Origin: Basidiobolus meristosporus CBS 931.73
Taxonomy: Eukaryota > Fungi > Basidiobolomycota
NCBI GenBank assembly: GCA_002104905.1
Contig: MCFE01000420.1
Span: forward strand, 14,152 to 78,151
Direction of reading: 5' to 3'
Length of the DNA: 64,000 nt
The notes below the pieces were generated by a model. The model saw only the letters and a list, made by a program, of their open reading frames with translations. It was not told where the DNA came from and made no database searches. Of the stretch, positions 12,597-26,044 are shown in pieces. A program made the translations under genes and the position numbers. Each line of letters starts with the position of its first letter. The first letter of the stretch is position 1.

Positions 12597-15050
12597 GCTA
12601 TCCTGATAGCAGTCTGTGTTAAAATTTGCATGACATTCACATCAGAAAATGCCACCATTGCAAGCTGTCCAACTTGTCAGGAATCCACCACTATTGGGGG
12701 AAAACATTGTTCACACTCTGGATATATTCCAGTAATACCCTGTCTGAAGAAGCTCATGCAGTCTGGAAATACTGTGAAGCTATAAAGTACTGCACTTAAT
12801 ATCAATCAAGTGCAAACATATCCATTATATTCAAAGGCAAACTTTTCAAACAGCTAAGAAGCAAGGGCTACTTTGAAGGTATGTATGACCATGCCTTTGC
12901 CTTGGCACTTGATGGATTCTCATAAAACAAGAATGCTACCAGCCAATCCTGCTTGCCACTGATTCTTTTCAACTTGAATCAGCCACCTATCTTGTGGTAT
13001 CAAAGCCAAAATCTGATGGTAGTCTTGCTGGTATTTGGGCCTAAATCACTGTCCAACATGGATAGCTACATGTATCCATTGCTGGATAATTTTGTATGCT
13101 TTCAAGTGGGATAACAGTAAATGACTGTCATGTCAAAGTTCATATTATCATCTGCATTGGAGACATCCCAGCCATCAGCAAGATAGTTGTCTTTTCAGGG
13201 CACAATGAATGGTATTGCTGTCAAATATGTGAGATCCTGGGTACTTATTCCATAACTAACACTCATTATTGTCATCCAAATACCAACACTGAGAATGTCA
13301 TCTTCCCATAGAGAGAACATAGAGAAGTCTGCATGCAATTGCAGCACAGTTGGCAAGCTATAAGCCATTGGCTGCAATATGGAGTTAATTAGAAACCAGA
13401 GATACCTAAGGTAGAGGGTATCTGCTGGTGCAAAAGCTTTCCACTGGGAGCAAAGCATTTGCATTTCAACAATATCCCTATACTGATGACCAAGTTGTAC
13501 ATGGTGCATTTCAAGCCAAATGAGCCCTTTGAGATACCAGAGAAATTTGAATGAATAGGCAAGATATTACACAGTATCTACTACACAAAGTATCTCTCAT
13601 CGACTTCAATCAACATTCATATGCATATGCAACAATACAAGTGTAAGGACTGGATAAACTAGATATGTATTTATTCAAGTGGCCTTCTGAATCTATTTCT
13701 ACCAATAGTACATTGAAAGCATTGGGAGTCATATGTAGACATTGTAGGAATATTTATCCAGAAGCAGATCACCAATGCCAACTTGATGCATCTACAGCTT
13801 TTGTGCAAGGAGTTTGTGACAGGATTTGAGCGGCTATACTACAAACATAAAGCTGAATGTGTAGATCTCTGCTGCTACTGTATCCATTTGCTACTCCATC
13901 TTGCTTAGTGTGTTGAGAATATTGGACTATGCTTCACCTTTGGGGAGTTTCCTGTGGAGCAGATGTGTGGGAGATAGGAAGACAAGTCAAGTTGCAGGTA
14001 CTACCATATCCCAATCTCATCAAGAATATTACCTTGAAGTCTGTTATTGATGTGATGAGTTGGCACAAGGAGAACAGCCAGGAAAAGGTGGAAAATACTT
14101 AGAACAGATGTGCATATGAAGACACCCATTCCTACAGCATTAAGAAGCTAAGCAGCTCCAATATGTGGCTAATCAGTTAAGTAATGCAAAGTTGGGTTGG
14201 GTGCAACAAGCAACTAATTCTTATTAGGAAAACTCTACCAAGATATGCCAGATTTCTCTTGGTCACAAGCCAATTTCCACACCATTCAATTCCAAATTCA
14301 CACAAGCAAGAGCCAGAGTGCACCTATAAGGGGGACTAGAATCTGGCAGGGAGAAGGAGTATATTGGCTAAATACCAAAAAGTTCTTTGTGGATATTCAG
14401 GAGGTATTCATGGCAGAAGTGGTGGCAACCAAGCATATGCTTGCAAGATGTATATGTTACTAGCAGTACAAGGTATATGGCAACTTTGCACGTATCACAC
14501 TAAAAAGCTGTAAAGTTGAGGTGATAGAAGTGTCAATTGCTGCAGGTGTGCACATTTGCAGAGGTTAGTAAGCAGGAAGCCATAGTACTTTTTGATTCAG
14601 ACTATGTGTGGAATATCCAAGGTAGTAGTGGGTAAGCAAATAAAGAGGGGTGATTCTACAGTGGAATATATGAATTGCACATGGGAGGTAGAAAAAGGAA
14701 ACACCATTTGGTAAATTGGTACAGTAGCATTGTACAGAACTAGCTGTAGGCTGCCATACTGCCATAATAATGCCATGAGAGGCTTGCAATGAGGCCATCA
14801 AAACACCATCAAATTTTTTGCCATAAAAGGCAATTAGATGTACTGGCTGGTTAGATCTGCTCAAATAGTTGTAGAGTGCACTAAGACCACAACAATGCCA
14901 TGCCACCCTTGACAAAATACCATACAAACACTGTTATGTTTTTCAACTTTATTTAGCAGTTAAATTAGCCAAACACTGTTGTGATCCTGTCATAAGATTG
15001 TGTAGATGGCCATTAATTCCAAGCTGCCAGTGTTGTTACAGTCTCCTGAT
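12597..15050 (+). mobile_element. Degenerate CACTA/Tnp2-like transposase relic, second unit
   Basis: CIGDIPAISKIVVFSGHNEWYCCQICEILG in ORF 13096-13311; collinear with ~1130-3640. Confidence 0.6.
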
Positions 15051-15559
15051 GGGATCATAACAGCTGATCCAGATTGGATCCACCTGTGGGACCAAATTAT
15101 TTTTCATAGGGGATATGGAATAATTTGAAAGTGACCCAAGGTTCCTCAGACCTGGAACACATGCCTTTGGCAATTTACTTAGCATACATTATGTGCTTTC
15201 CTTTACAAGATTATGTAAAAGTATAAATACCACCTTTACATTCCATAAATTGTTGGGTGAAAGCAACATAATCTGCTTGTTCATCACTCTCAGTATCTCC
15301 AAGAATCTTACAGCAGTCACTGCCATGTGCAAGGCAGCATATGGAATATGAGATATGTTTTAAAGGTCCAGGTCTTGATTGGCAGTCAGGAAGAAGCAGC
15401 ACTTGACAATTCCTTAAAAATCCATTGCAACCAATGATGAGCAAATGGAGATAATATCCCCACAATATGGTTGGTATTTAAACTTCTGATCTAGCCATTA
15501 GCACTCCTACATATTAGGAGCAACACCGAAGCGATGGTTGTAAGATAGGTGGAGTCCCA

Positions 15560-18500
15560 GGAGGAGGTTCTGTTGGAACGTGGAATCACTGCCACAAAAG
15601 TGGTCCACCTACATGGATGATTTCTGCCATAGGCACACAAATCGCAATGCCAGGTTTGGTCAGTGTGCGTGAACTGTTTAGAGCGCGGTATATTGAGAAA
15701 TATAATGATCCCAGTTCACTCGGAAAATGGTCGCAATTTAAACCCTATCCATGGGCTACAGAAAGTCAGCGGTTGCAAGGGCAGTGGAATACTGCCAAAA
15801 TCCCCAAGAGAAACCGCTAGTTTCGGTGTCGAACTCCAGGTACCAAGGCTTTGCACATGTAACAGGGGGATCGATCATCACATTATCCGACAATACTGAG
15901 GATGGTCTGAACAGATGGAATTCTTGGATCTCGTGACCAGCGGCAGTTGATATAGGAAACTTGGAAGGGAAGGAGGCGATCACCATCACACTTTATGAGC
16001 ACAACATTGAACGATATCGGCGTGACCGTGTACCGGTGACATTCAATGACTCTGTGGATTCACACCCTTTCGATGGCAAACAGCGGCGGAGAAGCCGCAG
16101 CAACGGGCAGGAGTCGGATGAGGGGGTCTAGTGCCACGAAACGGGCGATATGGAATTGGAGAGTTGAGGTAACAGGGCACCTAATATTGGATTGTTTGTT
16201 GAATGGGAATATGGTGGAAAGCAAGTTTGCTTCCGGTTCACTCCCGTAGCATTCATGTGCAAGGTGCCTCATGACCAACCAACTGGGGCATCGGCGGGGG
16301 AATGGGCGGATTAACTTGTAGGTACCACACAACCCAATAGGATAAGATATCGATGGTGTAACGGGGAACATAGAGGTATCAGAGCCGGAAGGATTTCATA
16401 GCGACTATCGGGAGTTGCTCAACCGGATGTTGGATTAGGGGGTGGAGCTCGGAGATGTATGGGATAAATGCAAGCAGCTGAATGTCTTGAGGAGACGTGT
16501 GAGAATTTACCAGTGTAAAGAGAGGTATCAAGTCATCGTACCTAAGATCAGGATACCCAACCATGACCCACTCATAAGTTTTCATCATCACTGGCACCAT
16601 GATGGAGTATCCGTAGGGCGAATCCGGCAGTGCCAAAGGCTGTCCAGGGGTCTCCGAGGGGCTTGCCCCCAACAGGTTTGGGTGGGCTGAAGTGGCAGAG
16701 AAATATCAGTCGATGGTAATATATTACTTGTCCAGGTAAAGATCACGTTCCCATTTTTCGACACGCTAAGCCATGTCATGTATATTTCGATCTCCAGTGA
16801 TAACTGCTAAAATACCGAGAACTGCATCGGCCGTTAGCGGGGGACCCTAGTTGAGGGCAACAAGCACTTGAAATCATCAGGCTGTAGCCAGGGGCACGCT
16901 CATAAAAGCAATAAAGGTGAATGCGGGGAAAGCCATCGGCCCCATGGTAGCCATATTACATTGGGCCCGTTGTGGTAGAGAGATGGAGAATGCCCATCAG
17001 AACAGTGATCGTCCTGGGGCGACTTTTGTGGAGCCCATGAGGCGAAAAAGGGGGCCAATGGATCTGCTTGCACTCGATAGAATTCAGTGTTCCCAGAAAG
17101 AACCGGCAGGAACAATCGGTGGATTTGAGGCCACATTGGTGACAACACTGGGAAGTAAGGGAATATCGAAAATTGGCTCCGAAGCCGATTGGGATTGGGG
17201 AGCCACAAACACCAATGGCGGTATGTATCATATATGCATCATTTAGGGCTGAGCCAATTATGCGCAACGCTTGGAGGCTCGTACGAGAGTAAAAGGCTAA
17301 TTGGACCACCCCCTGCTGGGTTACGCCTTGGGCCCTTTCCATTTCCCAGGAACAACGCATGCGAATTCCCTGCCATCTTCGAAGTCAGTGGTGTAGGAAA
17401 ACTCGGCCATGAACCATCCGCATCAGGGCTTGCATTCGTTTGGTGGTCAGACTACCCATGCAAGTGAAGCAAGCTACGCCGGATCCATGGATTGGGGCGC
17501 TGTAGATGCTTTGAGAAATTCGACCATTCGTAACAGAGTTAAAATTCAGGTAGCGTTGCTGCTCATCATGTGGCTGGGCGCGGCCGGGATGCCTCTTATT
17601 TTGGTTACCCACCAATATCCGACGATTCCGCACAATTACTGTTCCCATTGGGTGGTGATAATTTATAGGCAGCTCTCCAGTTACCACAATCCTACCAAAC
17701 ATGGAAATTTGATGCTCGGCCTACCTCATAATGCAGCTTTGTGAGCATATTGTCACGGCCCATTAGCCCATTGGTCAGATGCCATGTTTTGGCCAATTGT
17801 CCTGAAGACGGGGGTGGCACCTCTTCCGTAATCTCCAAACCCTCATTGCCACTACTCCGGCACACCCTCACATCCTCATCTTAATTCATGGCTGCGGGCA
17901 TGAGTCATGGGTGGCCCAGAAGAATCAGGAAGTATGCTTCAACCAAAAGCCAGGTTGGTTGAGGAGCAATGGTGCTCTCCTGATGGAAAGCATAGGTAGG
18001 ACATATCGACCAGATTGGTTGGATTCAATTGATCAAATACAGTGCCTAGAGCATTGCCGCAGCTAGCATGAACACACTCTTGACTGCATCCACATGCACA
18101 CGGGCACCATTATCATGGATGCATCCCAGAAGTGGGACCAATGTAAGATGGCCGGTCCAGCGTATGGGCAAAAGTCAGAGCCCAATCCCCAGCGGGAACG
18201 AGGGGAGAATGTTGGGTAGCCAGACCGGATGACGGCTGCGAAGACATACTGCTCATCGGGGAAAGCAAAGTGTTCGATCCAGACAGTTTCGCTGTGTTCG
18301 CGGGATTGAGTGCGGACCTATGAGATCATTGGACCCCACATCGGCCTTAGCGGGATTGATTATCCTGGAATGACTAGCGAAAACAGGGCGTTCTTGATGT
18401 AGCGCACTCCTGAAAATGGCCAGGCGTAACAGCGTTCAGAGATCAAATGAAAAACTTTGTCCCCATCCACAATTGAGTGGGTGTATCACCTAGACCCACT

Positions 18501-19800
18501 ATCAATCTCCATCATGGGAGCTTAGTGGAACTTCAACAGGCACTACGAAGTTCGGAGCAGACGGAAACAGAGAACGCTGTCTCCTCAACATAGTACCCGC
18601 TGTGCCCTGAAAATTCCGCGTAAGCGGGCTACGAGGATATAGGTCATGCGCTCACATCCCTGCCGAATCACCTTCCAGATCCCAGCCCACGGTAACACCG
18701 AACAGATCAATTGATACGATAATCATACTCAAGATAACCTTTGTGTCTATCGATTGGGCAACTGCGTGCGCAGAATACCAGTATTTCAGAGAGATTCCTA
18801 AGCCCCCAACTTGACGCGGGAGTATGATACCAAGCTGAATAACGCATCTCGAATGGGGCGTGACTGAGAATTCATGTCTAGGATGATTGGGAATGGCTAT
18901 GAATCCGTCCCTCCTCCACCTGGGACACACGCGAACTCACTAATGAAACCGCCACATGCAGTCGTAGCCGTGACAAGCGATTGGTATGCATCAGGCTAGT
19001 GGCCATGGGTTGGGCTCCATACTCTCCTGAATGCTATCTGGTTGGAAACAGGCAGGCTAAATAAGGCACTGGATTTTGATTTTTGCCTGTATTTGGGGGA
19101 GGATTTGAGTGATCAGTTTATACAAACTCGGCCAGCACATAAATTCAGGTTTCTCAACGTGTTGCGGTGACCCGCACAAATGACTAATGGGGTTGGCATT
19201 AGCACCGTGTGTATGATGACCCTGTCTCTTTTCAATCACGGTGGCTCAGGTAAACTAAGGATCTTCTTGAAATCCCAACTGTCCAACGGCCTTGGTGATC
19301 CCTCCAACGTTTGGCCCTGCCCTCTAGGGTGCATGTATCCCGCGGATCAGATCCTGGCTGGCCAATGAAGAGGGATGCGTCGGATCCGATATCCGGTCGC
19401 GAATGACCACCACCCATGCCACATTTAGCTCGATGTTTAAGCCAACTAAGCAGTGGTAGGAGTCGACTGCACTATGGTTGGCAGGTTGGAAGGACTCATT
19501 AGTTCGTGCATGGAAATGAAGTGCACTGATGGTTGCGATATCCGAATGCGCCTGCCCATTTTCGGCACGTGGTGGTGTTCTGAAACGATGCTGCCTCTAA
19601 TTTTTAGTGCGTTTCCTTCTACGCTGAGCCAATGGGACGGCCGAAAATCCCTTTGGATGCTATTAGGGTGAATCCCATGGCAATCTGGCCAGCTTTGTTG
19701 GATCAGGTTTGATTGCAAGCTGACTCGGCTAATTCCATCGTAAACGGTAGCGACAATCTTCACCCTCTGACCCTCTCTATATGGTCTAACATGCTGGATT
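15560..19800 (-). mobile_element. Heavily decayed non-LTR (L1/Tx1-like) retroelement relic(s)
   Basis: Frameshifted motif traces only: GVTQQG/GPISLLL..EP (like GVRQGDPISPLL) at ~17285-17335, LPRQVGGLGI at ~18800-18830, and CDLC...DHF zinc-finger-like at ~15590-15650. The motif order suggests more than one copy. Confidence 0.4.
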
Positions 19801-20261
19801 ATCCTGTGCGCTATTGAGAGACCCATCTGTCGTACTGTCTATTTGAATCAATCTATTGATGCGGTCCTGTTGCCAACCAAATATCCCACTCTTCATTACT
19901 CTGCGTTCAGCTCCCCTGTGTCTTGCTTCGAGCTCACCTTGTATCACCCCGACCAATCAGCGCCAGCCCTTATCCCAAAGCGTATATATTATACGTGGTG
20001 GGCGCCCTCCCTTCCATACTTGTCCGGAATCATCAGTCAATTCTCTTATATTGTTTTAACGAGAACCAAGTCTCCAGTTAATTGGTACGCTTCTTTTTGT
20101 TATCATAGACTGGGAACTATTTTAGGCTGACTGCTTGATAGCCGCTTTCTCTTCCATAGCGAACCTACCCTCTGTTCAACCTCTCAACCCTCCTTCAACT
20201 TTTGGAGCCTTCGCATCTGCACCCTGCACCCTACACCTCACCCCCAAGAACAACGCTCTTC

Positions 20262-21342
20262 ATGCCAGAGATCACCTACATAGTCATCATCGATACAAGC
20301 CCTTCGAAAAATATTTTATGGATCTCCGGAAGTGTCACTGATGTGCTCGGCTATGAAGCTGAGGAGCTTGTCGGAATCTCGGCATACGATAACTTTCACC
20401 CAACGGAGAGCAATGCGCTCGGCCTTGTGTTCGAAAATACCCTTATGACTGACCCCACTTGCTATGTAACACGTCTACGACTAAGACACAAAAACGACAC
20501 CTATGTGGAGGTGGAAATCCTCGGAAGTGTCTGTTATGATATGATCATTGGCATTGTTACTCCCCTCAACAGAAGAAGCCTCAGCTACAAAGGTAAGACC
20601 AAACGATCCAGCCACGTTGCTCGTCACGCACCACCTGTAGTAACCCCAATGCCCCTCCAGCTCGGCACGCAACGGCAGAACAAGTCTATGATATACACCC
20701 AGACGGCAAGATGTATCGAAGGGTTAGTGCTTGTCATGCTATCGTGTCTGGTCGCTCGCTAATCATAGCTGATCCTCCTTTCTGGTATAGATATGGAACG
20801 CAGAACAACGTAAACTCATCGAGCTGATGAGCCGCCGGTACCTTAGCGGCGAAGCACTCAATCCCATAGAGCCCCTTGAGCCTCGGGTCTGCATGATGAT
20901 CGACCGGTTCACCATCGACTCGAAGATTCAGTTCACCTCGCCGCTGACCCAATTTTTGCTGGGCATCTCGGTCGATGAGGTGATCAATCGTAGCTTCTTC
21001 AGTCTAGTCAAGCACCCCGATCAAAGCCGAGTTCAGCAGGAGATCTCGTTTGTGAAATCCACCAACTCCGTGACGTACATCAAGTTTGCTTTCTGTAGCC
21101 AAGTGTTTAATCATTTGGTGGTGGAGGGGGTGGTGTCCTGCGCAAGCGATGGATTGGTCGTCGTTTTACGGCCATACATCCCCCATGAGTACCAAAGCAT
21201 GAACACCCATGTGCTTGGGGAGGAGAACGTCGAGAGCGAGACGGAGCTTGATTACGAAGACGAGGAAAAAAGTCAAGCGGTAAGAACGGTGGCGGAAATG
21301 GGGATCTACGTCTGGCCCGACCAGTTGAAGAGAGCTGTTTAG
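20262..21342 (+). CDS. Fungal double-PAS-domain protein (3 exons: 20262-20592, 20661-20722, 20791-21342)
   Basis: PAS motif SVTDVLGYEAEELVGISAYDNFHPTE; second PAS EPRVCMMIDRFT; GTAAG/GTTAGT...AG introns keep the frame. Confidence 0.85.
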
Positions 21343-22193
21343 TCGTGCGTTGGGATTCTACCGAGAACCATAGCATATATGTAATTAATTTTGTGGAAAG
21401 CAACCTTCTAATCAGCGGAATTCTCTCGGAACACGGCGCCTCTTGGTTGGATATACAACATGATGCTTGCTATATCCGAACCTTTTGCATCCCCTTTAAA
21501 TAATCGATTCTATGTAAATTTTCCACCCGTCATCATAATATGTGTACATGTATCTTCTTCTCTACTCCGACTCCTCCCCCTTCTCCTTCGAACTTCTGCA
21601 TTCCATCCGAGTGCGCCTTAGCGTCATTGTAGCACTCTATTGCATTGCTTATAACAACTACTCCCTACCTATTTCTGCTAGAGAGCATCTATCATCGCTT
21701 GCGCTACCACATCTTCGCTAATTTGATTGTTCAGTTATACGCCAAATGAAGGTGCATCTATACTACACAATATCCTGCGCAAGGCTTGAATCGTCTACAA
21801 TAAACCAACGTATCTATAGGTTGCAATCTATATGTGACAAGTGAGGCCTATCCAGCCAAATGGCAAAAAATTCCTCTAATCTCGGCTGGCTGAATCAGTA
21901 ACGTCAGCGTTTTATTGGCGAAGAGAACAGCGATTTGCGGGGAACTCTATGGCTATGGGTGCAGCGTGGGTTTCTACACGTACTGTAGCTTAGACATATT
22001 TCAGCAGATTTACAATGGGGTAGATTCTCCGGGGAATTAGGTGTTTACAAGCAACGGGCTATATCGGAGGGCACATCAACAACCTTGTCTTGTGCTACTC
22101 CTAGTGAATATTCGGTGCCATTAGCCTGGCACCCAGGAGGTAGTTTGAAAATAAACTGTGAATGGCGATCGTGCACTGGTGAAGAGCCGATAT

Positions 22194-23734
22194 CTAGCTA
22201 AATCGTTGACTGGCCCACTCTTTCAATGTTTCGTCGTCTATATACTCGTAGCGCCAGATATACGAATCCTCGCCAGCGCACAGGATATTTCTATTAAAGT
22301 TGAAGTGGATGGGTTGGTGTGTAAGGGGCTACGCTGTGTAACAAGAAATACCTGCAGTCCCTAGAAAATGCGCAACACCTGACTGCCTTGGTAGAGCGTT
22401 TGTGGCGTAATTCAGTGACCAACTTACCAGTTTCTAGATTGTATACATATGCTGCGCCGACACTATTTCCAACGCAGAAAAATCTATTGTCCATACTACG
22501 AGCTTTGTTATGGTTTGATGGGGTTACTAATAGGTGAGGTTCAAGACCGACCTGACATCGAACCGGCATCGATTGTATGCACTATTGCGTATATGGAATG
22601 TATGAAGGATCTGGAAATTGGGGAATTAGTTGCATGAGCCATCCACAATACGCACTAACTCAGGGAGTAGTCAACCTGGAGGGTAATGGGGTTCCATAGT
22701 TCTACTTTCCCGTCTATGAATTTTGAAAGAACATGGCTCCCAACATATCTCATACAATCTAGTTTTTTATGTAAGTTATCAATCCACAAAAATTATGGAA
22801 CCTTCCAATACCGATGTACTTGGCGCATGTTCTTCTTACAGAATAGTTTAGACTTGCCTTGGGACACAATTGCAGTTGGGACCTTGTCATGATAGGCAAT
22901 GGCCATTCATAGACCTCTCCTGCGTAACTACCGCTCAAAAAGGTCGATCCACTTGGGTTAAAACACTATGTAGCATTGTAAGCATTTGTGTTATAGATAT
23001 TGGTGTGAGATGTAGCACAACACCATAGCTGAGGCCTTCACTGGATACTTCTGTAAACAGGTCCCGCTCTGTACGTCCCACAAACGTACTGTCCCGTCTT
23101 TTGAGGCTGAAAGGATATATTGGTTATCCTCAGGTGAGACATCTAAATGGGTAACAGCACCTGGGACAGTATGATTGTAGTTAGCAAAGCGAGGCTTTGA
23201 AGGATACTGGAGTATATTATCAACCACTATGTCCTACTAGCTTTCGAAGCTCTTTTGAGCATGCGACACTCAATATATGGATGCAAGCGTCCTGACCAGC
23301 AACTGCCAGTATGGTGTCATCTTCAATACTCAACCAACAACAAGTGAGAAGCTCCTATACAATTTTTTGCGTGAGTTTTTTCTGGCACACTGAAATATTA
23401 GCAGTAGATGAACACAAACTTGAGGGGTTGTGGATTTCACATTCGGCCCTTCACTCAAAGTAAAGTAGGACATTATGTCTAAGTGGTCTCCACAATGTTC
23501 ATTGTCATATATATTGGCTTGAGAGCCGCCTACAGTAGCTAATATGTTGCTGGTATCACTCTCGTCCCGTTCAGCCAAGCCACATTTGTCTAATGTTTTA
23601 GTGAGGTTCGCCCCTAAAGGCGTGAAGTGGAACATTATTTGGTTGATGTCTTGGCCATGGTTTTCTTTTACTATACGGCGCAATCTCAGGTTCTTGAATA
23701 TATTTTCTTGTTGTTGCACTTCGGTCAAATCCAT
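22194..23734 (-). CDS. WD40-repeat protein, EED/ESC- or LRWD1-like, multi-exon
   Basis: KENHGQDI..., ILATVGGSQANIYD, ILSASKDGTVRLWDV, AVRCCAFSRDCR; last exon ILCAGEDSYIWRYEYIDDETLKEWASQRFS* ends at 22194. Confidence 0.8.
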
Positions 23735-24562
23735 GTTTTCCCGTTATGTAATGTTTCTCAATTAATGCTTTAGAATCCTCTTGGGGAGTCTGGGAACGGT
23801 TGGACGTCTAAATCAATATTGTACAGTGTACGTATCTCACGTGTAGACAATGCTATCCATCAGTTAAACAACTATGGAGCATGACTGGATTTGACTAGCT
23901 GAATTTAGGAGTATCACTAATTCAATCATATATACATCTATGGCAATGACTTTTCTTAGCGCCTAGTCATCACGAGCCAGATTGGAAAGCTGATCTAAAG
24001 CGTATCTGGACTAATTGGTCAAGTATCAGACTCCAATAAGCATGGCCTCCTCTGGGCCACTACATACAAATACATGTGCACAATCCCAAGCACTCTAGCC
24101 AAACGATAGGGGCTTAAGAATCAGCTCTGGAACCAATCATGAATCATTTGATCTATTATAATGCGGAGCATACATTGCTCATTCCAAATCCCTGATGAAG
24201 GCCAATTCTGGAATAAACCGCCAACAGGTCATCACGTAGTGTGTCTTGAATGTACGCTTAAGATGACAGGATCTAGACTGCAGTACTTAATTGGCCTTCA
24301 TATGGATGTCTATAGTTCAATGTCGCTTACACGGCGTCTGATCTTCATGTCAAACTGTGTAGATAATACAAGCTGGAATGCATTCATAAGTGTGGTAAGC
24401 GATTTACATTTATTCCTGATTCAGGAATACGAAAAAATTCCATATGGTACAAACGAAACGGCTTCATAGCACGTCAGAAGTTTTCAAGGAATGACAAGCA
24501 ATCCCGTAAGTGGTTAAATACAAAACTCATTGAAGCCCAAGAGTGTAGAGGCAGGGCTGTCG

Positions 24563-24739
24563 TTAGCAGCGGGAATTTCTTCCCATACAGACCGGCAGGT
24601 AGTCCATAGGATCCATGTTATATCTGAAATCTTTCATTTGAATGGCGGCGGTATCAACATGTACAATAGGAAAAATCGGACGAGCGCTTGTAATGGCCGC
24701 AATGGAGATTAATGCCAAAAGAGATGCTTTATGGAACAT
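24563..24739 (-). CDS. Possible small secreted peptide (58 aa)
   Basis: MFHKASLLALISIAAITSA|RP looks like a signal peptide; no family recognised. Confidence 0.35.
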   Translation of the reverse strand: MFHKASLLALISIAAITSARPIFPIVHVDTAAIQMKDFRYNMDPMDYLPVCMGRNSRC

Positions 24740-26044
24740 GATGTGTGTTTGAAAGATAAGGTCGTCTACGCTTGAGTACAAATGCGAGGATGGGCGTTCA
24801 GCTTATATACCGTTTGATCCATCGCCATTAATTAGCATAATTGGGGATCGTCATATATATGCCTGTATCCACATATATACAGTATTTGAAACGGGTATTC
24901 GAGTTCAGCATAGTGGGGATGATGTATGTGCTGCAAGTCTGAATCGATCACTTGTGTTCACAAATGTAGAATCATTTCGGACACTGATGTGGCATCCTTA
25001 ATCGTATATTTCTAAGCCTCCGTATACCACCTGATAGGATAGCCCCTTTTGACAAACTAGTAGCGTGCACCCGGTAAATACCTCAGTTGTTTATACACGG
25101 ACAACGGTCAGCTCTGAATACTCATTTCACCGCCACTTAGTGACTCGTATTTCTTGTCAGAGAGTGACGGCTCTTGAGGCGACTGGTATTGATCTAATTT
25201 GTCTCATTTGGAAATGGCCTCAAACAACCTCATTGGTGTTGAGCTTTTCTCCTTGAAAGCACCAAAGACTAATTGCTATTAACAGGCATGCTGAAAGGCT
25301 GGTAGAGGAACATTGGCCAATGAAACTTTGCTGTGCCAAGGCCAAAGGTAAGACATTGTCAGATGACCGCTTGCAGAACAAAGATCGGTGCATCTGTATT
25401 GGTTGAGCCATCATACATAAAAATTCATGGTTACTTCATCATTATATGCATAATCAACTGTAATCGCCGTAAATTGAAACTCTGCAGCCTTCTGAAGGCT
25501 CAACGACCTGACTACGCTTGTTATGTTTAGCCAGCACCTAGAGCATACATGGCGTTGTGGTCATCTATTGTGAGGACTTATCTAAAACCCAACCTCGTCA
25601 AATCAAGTTAGTATGGGTATTCATGGAGTCAAATGTGAAGAAAGTGGTGTGAGCCTTGCTTCACCGTCGTTATTTTCCCTGTGTTTCAGTAATATCCCGG
25701 GTCACTAAACATCCTCCTCTCTCGTACCCAAGGTTTGTTACAGTACGCTGAATTGAAGTCCTACGGGGTTTGAAAGCTTGTCTGTACTACCACCAATGAT
25801 TTGCTGAACCTCTGGCCTAGCTAGGTTTCGAAAACGAGTTGTGCCAACAGTTAGGGCTGACGTAAATGTGCTTCACAACGTTGCACACCAATCAGGTTTG
25901 CTCAGTACGCTCCATTCACGCACGAACAGCTTACTATGAATGTCCTATCTGTATAATATTCCAACTTGAGCAGCACTTCGTGCGAATGATTTGATTTATT
26001 AAGTGGTGACTTGGTACGGCAGAGTACATATGTAATTACTTATT

